Source: a virus
Virus record (IMG/VR): IMGVR_UViG_3300027841_000073
Span: 9,713 to 73,712 of that record
DNA length: 64,000 nucleotides
Reading direction: 5' to 3' (one strand)
Numbering within the stretch: the first letter of the stretch is position 1; every line of letters starts with the position of its first letter. Below the pieces are notes generated by a model. That model was not told where the DNA came from. It did not search any database and saw only the letters and a program-made list of their open reading frames with translations. Positions 1 through 8,300 of the stretch are shown piece after piece. The position numbers and the translations under genes were made by a program.

Positions 1-376
1 AATCAAATAAAGATAATTGCCGTTTATCAAAATTTTCTGTCTCTATACCTTGAAGCATTAACTCATACTGATAATCTAAAGGCAATTTTGAATCGGATAG
101 TGTCTTTATTATTCTATACGGATATGTGGAAGCTATTATTCTACTACCTTTTGGATATGGTAAATAATGAGTAGGAATATCTCCAATTAAAAATTTTGAA
201 GTTTGATCCTTTAGTAATTCAATTTTACTTGCAAGATTACTAATAAACTCTTCATTGAATTTCAAATTTAAAAAATCATTTTTTTCAATGCTTTTACTTT
301 CTTTCTTTTTAGCTACTGGATTACCTTTTAACGTTAATCCATTAATATCTTTTTTATTTTTGATTTCAAAACTCAT
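1..376 (-). CDS. Putative baseplate hub / T4 gp26-like protein (runs off window)
   Basis: Hand-translated open frame MSFEIKNKK...GDIPTHYLPYPKG...FDKRQLSLFD with AGGAGG SD; lies after the tube genes; IPT..LPYP resembles the gp26-like LPS..YP motif. Confidence 0.5.
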   Translation of the reverse strand, partial: MSFEIKNKKDINGLTLKGNPVAKKKESKSIEKNDFLNLKFNEEFISNLASKIELLKDQTSKFLIGDIPTHYLPYPKGSRIIASTYPYRIIKTLSDSKLPLDYQYELMLQGIETENFDKRQLSLFD

Positions 377-397
377 ACGTTTCCTCCTTGTCTAAAT

Positions 398-434
398 TAA
401 AATACCCCACCCTACATATTAGGGCAGGGTATTT
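398..434 (-). terminator. Rho-independent terminator
   Basis: Minus-strand RNA AAAUACCCUGCCCUA-AUAUG-UAGGGUGGGGUAUUU(UAAUUU); the G-U pairs only work on the minus strand. Confidence 0.7.
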
Positions 435-458
435 GAAGTTTAATAAACGTAAACTATT

Positions 459-944
459 TTATAATTCACCGGCAATAACAAACTCTAATTGAGAACTATG
501 ATTACCACTTTCTGAATTACCACTATAATTTAAAGCCCCTTGTGGAAAAACTAAATACCCTTTTATTTCTAATATCGCATTTCTATTTTTTAATTTAGCA
601 ATATGCAATTCTCTTACAGCTTTATCCAATGTTAATGCATAATATCCATTACCACTTATCTCTTTTACCCATTGCTTAATCCAATTTTGAACATTTAAAT
701 TTATGTCATCAATAAAATTCAATGTTATTACTTTTAAAGCACTTGTTTTTTCTGGTACAGCAAAAGGTAAAGAAGGTGTTTCAAAAGTTTTACTTTGAAA
801 AGCATATATAGGTTCTTCAACAGTAGTAGCAGGGAACCACTCTTTAAATGGGTAAGGTGCTGATGGGATTTTTATATCCCATAACCAACTTTTACTCCAT
901 TCAATCTTACGTAAATCTTCAACATTTTTAAGCCAGATTCCCAT
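459..944 (-). CDS. Tail tube-like / tube initiator protein
   Basis: Tube-fold pattern (ITLNFIDD...WIKQW...FP), adjacent to tube and sheath genes. Confidence 0.6.
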   Translation of the reverse strand: MGIWLKNVEDLRKIEWSKSWLWDIKIPSAPYPFKEWFPATTVEEPIYAFQSKTFETPSLPFAVPEKTSALKVITLNFIDDINLNVQNWIKQWVKEISGNGYYALTLDKAVRELHIAKLKNRNAILEIKGYLVFPQGALNYSGNSESGNHSSQLEFVIAGEL

Positions 945-1513
945 TAAAAATTATTTACTCCAAAAGCATCACGATTAGTAATTGAGTATTCATTAAAATA
1001 ATCATACTTCAAAGTGAATACTGGTTTTTGTGGATCAGCTTCATTTCCAAGTTCCGCACCCGGATCACCTAATTCCATTAAAACACCAATTAACTTATAA
1101 CCCCATCTTGCTTTATCAACATTATCAAGTAATGTAATTGTTAATTCAGCCTCTAGTAAATCTTTATCAGCGGTTGTACCTTCACCACCGTTTTCTGTAC
1201 GCCAAATATGCTCACGCCAATCATGTTGAAAACTGATAACTTTATTATTAACTGTTTCGAAGCATGTTAAAGTAATGGTATCATCATATTCCCCTTTACC
1301 ATGCTGGTTTACTCTACTACCTCTAATTCCAATTTGAGTCATGGCAACAGTTAATTTGGGAGTACCAATACTTTCAGCACGAAAATTTATATCCTCTGAA
1401 TTATAGTTTCCACCTAAAACAGCGGGTAATTTAGTGAATTGAACTGCCCATCTATGCAGTTGTGTAAACTGCCCTAAACTTCTAATGTTTTCAACAGTAG
1501 GTCTTAAAGCCAT
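944..1513 (-). CDS. Tail tube protein (T4 gp19-like)
   Basis: Directly after the sheath; ITLTCFET..W, ITLLDN, FTLKYDYF are typical of gp19-like tubes. Confidence 0.8.
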   Translation of the reverse strand: MALRPTVENIRSLGQFTQLHRWAVQFTKLPAVLGGNYNSEDINFRAESIGTPKLTVAMTQIGIRGSRVNQHGKGEYDDTITLTCFETVNNKVISFQHDWREHIWRTENGGEGTTADKDLLEAELTITLLDNVDKARWGYKLIGVLMELGDPGAELGNEADPQKPVFTLKYDYFNEYSITNRDAFGVNNF

Positions 1514-1532
1514 ATTATTCCTCCTTGTTTTT

Positions 1533-1562
1533 AAGGCTTGCGTATATTACAACGCAAGCCTT
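1533..1562. other. 11-bp inverted repeat between sheath and tube genes
   Basis: AAGGCTTGCGT-8 nt-ACGCAAGCCTT; no U-tract on the coding strand, so a processing/stability hairpin or antisense terminator. Confidence 0.5.
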
Positions 1563-1574
1563 TTAATTTTTATA

Positions 1575-4500
1575 TCAACCCAATGATAATGATGCACCAG
1601 TACGAGTAATAATAGTAGTAAAAGGAATTTCTTCAATAGACTTAGTAGGCTGAACAAACAACCATACATTAAGTCTATTTGCATCAATATCTTCATTACT
1701 ATTATTTGCTTCATCACATTGTGCTCGGAAATCATATACCCCTAAACGTGATTTGATATTTTGCATATAGGAATTAATTCCTTGCTCAATCAATTTACGG
1801 GTAGAAGCATCATTTTCAAAAGTATTCAAATCAAACAGGAAAGTATCAAGGAAAGCCGCAATAGCAGGTTCAATAACAATAAGTAGTAATCTTACATTAA
1901 TTCTATCATCCGAAGCAGGTATAGCTAATAAGGTTTTTTGTCCCCAAATTCTAATACCACGACCGGGATAGAAATCAATTGGATTAATACCATTGTCATA
2001 AAGTACATCTTGATCCCCTTCCAGATATTCACGGGCAACGCCAAGCACATTAAGTATGCCGCGTTTTTCACCGGCAGGTGGATACCAAATTTCATAATTA
2101 CTTGCAGTTTCAGAAATAGCACTACCAACATACCCATCAGGCGGAACATACATATCTCTTGCATTATATTTATCCGTAATAAGTAAATGCGGAGTGTATA
2201 ATGCCGCATATGAAGTATTTGCATTAAGTTCTTCTTTACGATATGCAACTACTTCATTGAGATAATCATTACTAATTTCATCTTCCAAAGGACAACTTAA
2301 AACAGCAAAGCAATCCTTACGTGTTTCACATAAAGTAATCAAACCTTGTTTTTGATAAGAAGGTGTAGCCCAACCACCATCAAGCAGCAAAGTAACTTGT
2401 GAAGCACGTTTATTATAAAATAAATCCAATGCTAATAATTGGTGTGCATCGCTTACGGTATCTCCATCACTACCATTAGCAAGTTGAAGAATTACGTCTT
2501 GATCCTTTGGCAGAATTGAAGAATCAATAGCGGTATTATTAATACCTCTAATGTAATTACTTCTTTGCAGTACAGTTTCAACATAAATGGAATTACCATA
2601 TCCATCTTTTGCATCTTTATCTCTACTGCAAAGATAAGCTGTTTCAGGCTGATAAACAGTACCATCACCTGTTTCAGTTTTCTTCCATACGTAAATAAGG
2701 AAAGCACCGGGAACTTTTACAGTATCCGCCGCTTCCTGTTGGCTTAATGTCCAATCTTCGGGATCACCATACGGATAGTGTAATGTAGTAATGTAAATAT
2801 CCCTGTTCCAACGTCCTTGATTACTACCATAAATGAGTAAACATTTACGTTCAAGTCCAAGCAATTCTTGGTTTTCATAATTGAGAATTGTATGAACTCC
2901 AGTACCAGAATCGTTGATTTGAATTGCAACACCTAATTTAGCGGCATTAATACTTGTCGCTAATTTGATTTGATTTGTTGTTGAAAGTTTAATTACGTAG
3001 TAATCCACACCAGAATTTAAACCGGCAGGAAGTGTACCAGTAGAGGTTAATCTAACATCATCAGTTGTTGCAATCCATTCATAGAAAGTAGCGGACACAT
3101 TTAAAATGTCATTCGATAAATCACCATCTAAATCAGAAATAGATTCTTTCTCGGTAAAAGTAATTGTATGCACCCCTGTTCCTGTATTAATAATATCAAT
3201 AGCAGAACCACCAATACTTCTTGCTAATTGAATTTCAGTACCAGTACCGGGGATAGTATAAAAACTAACGCCTACTCCATCACTACCTTGTTGCGTAACA
3301 ACAATATCAAACCCTGTATCAACATCAGCGGCATCAGTACAATTACCAGTAGCAACAACTTCTACTTCAACAAGGGAACCAGTAGGAGAAGCACTAAAAG
3401 TAGTACCAGCGCCACCAACAGCATGAATGGCTGTTGCTACTTTTGTAGCTACTTGTGTAGCTGTTTCACCGGCAAGTAAAGCAACAGGGATAGGTGTTCC
3501 ACCCGGAGCAGGATCAATACCCGTAGGATCAACACCTTGTGCAGAAACCGAAGTAGTAACAGGAGAAGTACCATCCGTTGCATCAGTACAAGCACCCACC
3601 ACAACATGAGTACAAGTAACAGTATTAGTACCACCCGCTGACGCACTAAATACAACACCCGCACCACCGACAGCATGTAAAGCTGTTGCAATTTTACCGG
3701 CAACATCAATAGCACTATCACCTGTAACAACATCAACAGGACCAATGGAAGTGCCACCGGGGGCAGGGTCAACACCAACACTATCCTTGGTAAACCACAA
3801 ATAGTAAGATGTAGTAGTGGAATCTATGGTAAAGTATTCCCCACCTGCAAAAGTAGTAGCATCAGTACAAAGGATAGATGTAATTTCATTTATAGCACCT
3901 ACTGTAAACCAAACATAATAATTAACAAGTGTATCGGAAATATTAAAGTATTCACCACCTGCTAATGTACTTTCACCATAACAAGTAATTTCAAAAAGTT
4001 CGGATAAAGCTAATCCTTTTGGCAATGTTCCTGTAGTCGTTAAATTGACAATGTTATTAAGTGTAACAGCATCAAAGAAATTAGCTGTTACTGTCAATTC
4101 ATCGGTTACAGCATTAGCGGTAAAAGCAGATGTATCCGCTTTATCCATTAAAGTACCAACAACATCCGTACCCGGAGTAGATAATTCAATATACACACCA
4201 AGATTTGCATTAACCAAACTATCAGCTAATTTAATTTGGCTTTCACCCACAACTTTTATAACGTAATAATCAGTAGCAGGAAGTAAATCAGTTCCAGTAG
4301 CATCTTTAGGATAAACAGTAGCGGCAATCTGAATCCTATCCCCTGTTACTGACATATTATTAAATTCATCGGAACAAATAAAAGCATCCCTATCCATTAA
4401 AACAGTAAAAGCAGAACTAAGTCCAGTAAGTTTACCATCACTACTATCCAAATCATAAGAGGATGGGAGACTCATACCATATTCTACTTCACCGTTGGAA

Positions 4501-5111
4501 TTAGTACCAATAAGATTTAATGTAGTATCTCCAGAACCATTATCGGTAAATTCTACATAAATACCATTTTCAGCATCTTCTTTACTGGCCGCCAATTGAA
4601 TCTGTCTGTTTTCTTCATCAAAGACAATCACATAGTAAGTTGTCAATAATGATAAACCAGTAGGTAATACACCTGTAGTAGTCAATTGAATTTTTTCAGC
4701 GGTGGCTACCATATCAAAAAAGGTATCCGCTATTTCAATTTCTTCTGTTGTACCTGTTGGAAATGTCAATGTACTAGTACCAAAATCAGGTACAACAATT
4801 GCTAAAGATAAAGGGGTATCTTGAGCAAGGAAACAACCACCATAAAGAGGATTATTAGCAGAACGCACCATCCATACTTTATTTGTATTTTGTGCTACTG
4901 CTAATGCAGAAAAATATGCTTCCGTATAATCCACTTTAATAGTTTGATCCGGGGTATAATACTTTAAAATATCAGCTTCCCCATTTACTAATCTTTTAGT
5001 ATTTACTTCCCCTTTAGCGAATGGGCCTATAATACCTACATACAAACCGGGAAATGAAGGAACTCTTGTATCAAGTTTCCATTCCCTAATAATAACTTGC
5101 GCTCTTGCCAT
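1575..5111 (-). CDS. Contractile tail sheath protein with large repeat insertions
   Basis: C-terminal sheath motifs (YAALYTP, PPAG..RG, LYDNGINPI, IWGQKTL, RINVRLL, DIDANRL..VQPTKSIEEI) plus N-terminal GPFAKG. Confidence 0.95.
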   Translation of the reverse strand: MARAQVIIREWKLDTRVPSFPGLYVGIIGPFAKGEVNTKRLVNGEADILKYYTPDQTIKVDYTEAYFSALAVAQNTNKVWMVRSANNPLYGGCFLAQDTPLSLAIVVPDFGTSTLTFPTGTTEEIEIADTFFDMVATAEKIQLTTTGVLPTGLSLLTTYYVIVFDEENRQIQLAASKEDAENGIYVEFTDNGSGDTTLNLIGTNSNGEVEYGMSLPSSYDLDSSDGKLTGLSSAFTVLMDRDAFICSDEFNNMSVTGDRIQIAATVYPKDATGTDLLPATDYYVIKVVGESQIKLADSLVNANLGVYIELSTPGTDVVGTLMDKADTSAFTANAVTDELTVTANFFDAVTLNNIVNLTTTGTLPKGLALSELFEITCYGESTLAGGEYFNISDTLVNYYVWFTVGAINEITSILCTDATTFAGGEYFTIDSTTTSYYLWFTKDSVGVDPAPGGTSIGPVDVVTGDSAIDVAGKIATALHAVGGAGVVFSASAGGTNTVTCTHVVVGACTDATDGTSPVTTSVSAQGVDPTGIDPAPGGTPIPVALLAGETATQVATKVATAIHAVGGAGTTFSASPTGSLVEVEVVATGNCTDAADVDTGFDIVVTQQGSDGVGVSFYTIPGTGTEIQLARSIGGSAIDIINTGTGVHTITFTEKESISDLDGDLSNDILNVSATFYEWIATTDDVRLTSTGTLPAGLNSGVDYYVIKLSTTNQIKLATSINAAKLGVAIQINDSGTGVHTILNYENQELLGLERKCLLIYGSNQGRWNRDIYITTLHYPYGDPEDWTLSQQEAADTVKVPGAFLIYVWKKTETGDGTVYQPETAYLCSRDKDAKDGYGNSIYVETVLQRSNYIRGINNTAIDSSILPKDQDVILQLANGSDGDTVSDAHQLLALDLFYNKRASQVTLLLDGGWATPSYQKQGLITLCETRKDCFAVLSCPLEDEISNDYLNEVVAYRKEELNANTSYAALYTPHLLITDKYNARDMYVPPDGYVGSAISETASNYEIWYPPAGEKRGILNVLGVAREYLEGDQDVLYDNGINPIDFYPGRGIRIWGQKTLLAIPASDDRINVRLLLIVIEPAIAAFLDTFLFDLNTFENDASTRKLIEQGINSYMQNIKSRLGVYDFRAQCDEANNSNEDIDANRLNVWLFVQPTKSIEEIPFTTIITRTGASLSLG

Positions 5112-5132
5112 TTTATGCCTCCATATTTTTGA

Positions 5133-5297
5133 TTAACGGATAATCTTAGCTTTAGTTAAATCCAAACCTTCAATTTTATTTTCTATAAATTCCTTATTTG
5201 TTTTTTTGAAGGATGGTATAACAATCATTTTTCCTTCATACGTAAAACGAATCGGCCCATTAAATTTGTTTAAAATTGCTACCTTGTTCTCGTTCAT
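5133..5297 (-). CDS. Small hypothetical protein (54 aa) upstream of sheath
   Basis: Hand-translated MNENKVAILNKFNGPIRFTYEG...; AAGGAG SD; below the ORF-track length cut-off. Confidence 0.65.
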   Translation of the reverse strand: MNENKVAILNKFNGPIRFTYEGKMIVIPSFKKTNKEFIENKIEGLDLTKAKIIR

Positions 5298-5317
5298 GTT
5301 TTTAATCTCCTTTTTGA

Positions 5318-5329
5318 AAATACATATAC
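5318..5329 (-). promoter_or_regulatory. Candidate late promoter GTATATGTATTT
   Basis: Exact 12-mer also at 17311, 21271 and 41955, always upstream of a minus-strand gene start. Confidence 0.5.
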
Positions 5330-5332
5330 CTT

Positions 5333-8300
5333 TTATTGTTTGAATTTCTTTTCAAGTATATCTACTTTTAAGTTAAAATCCAATTCATTTTTTATTACTA
5401 TTTTATTTACTTTTAAAGTTTTAGTCAATTCTTTGCTTTCATTTTTGAATTCATTTACATTTTTCAATATATTTATTAATACTGAATCCTTCTTGAATTT
5501 ATACATTTTCAATTCAGCAATGATACTTTTTATTACTTTTTCTTTCATTGCAGGTATCCATAATTCAATTACATCACCGATTAATACAGGAATAATATAC
5601 AACTGATCCGTTATCCAATTTTTCCTATGTACTTGGTATATTTCTTTCCTGAACAGGATAGATGATCTAAGTATGGCATTTAAGGGCTTATTTATTTCTT
5701 CGAACAGTTCCATTAAAACATCTTTATTCTTTTCGGTCATTACAAATTTTTTACTTTTTAACAGCTTATAAAATAGTACTAATTTTGATTTAGTAGCTAT
5801 CGTTCTATACATTTCAAATTTATCGTAACCTAAAGGCTTTGCAAGTTTAAGTATTTCACTTTCACTATCAGGTTCATATTCTATACCTATACCTAAATTA
5901 CCTGCAAAAATTAAAGTCTTTAAATCAGTAGAAGATTGTAAAGATGGTTCTTTACTTTTCTTTATAAGTTTATCCGGGGTATCAATTGTAGGTGTAGGTT
6001 CAGTTATTTCATCCGCATATTTTTTACGCATTTTCATTAACCATCTATACATATCTATATGATGATTTTTTATTTTATTGGAAGGTCTACCACCTTGTGT
6101 AAACCAAGTTTTTCTTTCTTCATCATAAATATATTCAGGTGTATCCAATTTTCTTTTACCATCTTGATAAATGGGATACACATTACCGTCATACTCCAAT
6201 CTAAAATGATCAGGGAAAGTATCTTTAATAAAGTAGTATTCCCCAATATCTTTTTTGGATTTTTTTACTTTTTCTTTTAATTTATCCAATATATCTTTTT
6301 TCAATACTTTTTTAGGTTCTACTTCTGGCTCTATTTCTGGTTCAACAGTTTTACTTTTCTTACCAAAATTAAAGCCTAATTCAGTTAAAGCCTTAATGAA
6401 TTTTTTATAGGCTTTTGGATTTTTAGCTATATAGGAACTTGCTCTACCAGTAGGTGTAATAAAAGTACCATTAGAATAAACCAGTTTTAATTCTTCGGAA
6501 TCGGTTCTCGGTAAATATTGATAAATTTCACCATTAGGATAAACATGGTAGTAAAGCATTATATTACCAGTAGGGTGTTTTACTTTCTTAAAAATTTTAC
6601 CTTGATCTTTATCTTTACCTTCTTTTACTCTGGCTTTATTTACTTGTTCTTCTTTTTCTTTTAAATGTTCCGGTAAATCACCTTGGTATCCTAAATTATA
6701 AAGTGCTTCCTCTATTTTTGATAAAAGTAAATCAAGTTTTGGCACTTTAGCTCTTGTAACTTTTTTACCAGTTTCTTTATCCCTGATGACTCCAATTAAT
6801 TTCTCTTTGTTGTACCTGTAAAACCAAGCAAAATCCTTGAACTCTTTTGCATCTTTATCCCATGTAGCTATATTACCTTTTATATCAACCTTTGCTTTTA
6901 AACCCCCGATAGTAATAATAGCAGTTTTTAATTGTTTAATTTTCGATTTTTCAATTATTGGTTCTACTTTTTCTTTACCTTTACTCTTGAATTTATAACC
7001 CAATGTCTTTAATGCACGATCAAGTTTATCAAAAGCTTTATCATCCGTTTTAAAATAAATTTTACGGAATGTTTTTAACCCTAACCAATCTGGTTCTTTA
7101 TAAATGGCTAATAAACCACCATCATTTATTGTAAGTAATCTATCATCTACATTTAGTTTATGTAAATTATAAGCTACTTTATTTCCTTTTTGTTCTTTAA
7201 CTACTGCGTATTCATTACTACCAATTTGTAATCTCACATAAGGTATACTAAATCCTGTTAAATCTTCATAATCTTTTTTAATTGCTTTATCACCAACAAC
7301 ACCAATTTTTGTACCCGGTAAAGTTACCGTTTGCCCTTTTCTATCACCTTCCAGTATTTTTACTAATACGGTAAACTCCCCACTATCTATCATATTACCA
7401 GTTTTATTTCCAAGTTCATCCAACTCCGGTTCTTTAATTTGTTTTATTTTAGTAATAATACCTTTACCAAATTCAGTAATACATTCATACATTATTAGTT
7501 TGGAATAATCATTATCAACTTCTTCTAAAACATCTTTTAAAACTCTACCATCTTCTTTTGGTATGTCTAAGCCTTCGGGCCATGGAACTTCCATGGTATC
7601 CGTACCTTTCATAGTTTCGCCTGTTGTTTTTATTTCTACCCATTTAGTAGCATCGGGATCTTCATCATTTTTCTTTTGCCATTCATCATTTTCCACTTTT
7701 CTAAAAGCCTGTAATGATCTTTCTTCTACTGCTTTAAAAGAAGACATAATTATTGTATAAGGTATATCATTACGAATTTCTTGTCCTGTTAATGGATCAA
7801 TTTTTACAGGGTTCCTTAAAAAATCCAAGCTAGCTTTTAATTCAGGCAATTTTCTAAATTCTTCTGGTATTTGTTCCATAGTTATAATACCAGAAAGAAC
7901 AGAATTTTTCTGCATGTTACGCATTACACGTCTTACTTTTAAAACATCAAGAGTCTTATCAACTAAAATCCAATCAATTGTTACTAATTCTCTTTGTTTC
8001 TTTAATTCACCTGTTTCTTTATCTCTACCCGCAGGTCTATAAATTCGTGCTACTACTTGGTCAACAGCACCACTACTCCAAGGTATATCCAACCTAATCA
8101 TTCTACTTGCAACTTGTAAATTATGTCCTTCCGTTAGACTTTCATCGGACCCTACTAATATTTTTATATTAGCATCTTTTTTAAACCTTTCTAAATTTTT
8201 AACCATACCCCCGGAATAAACAATAGCCATTTTCTTATAATTATCAGGAAGCCCCTTCATTATATCTTGTAGTACTTTTCCTTTATATCTTTGGAGTATC

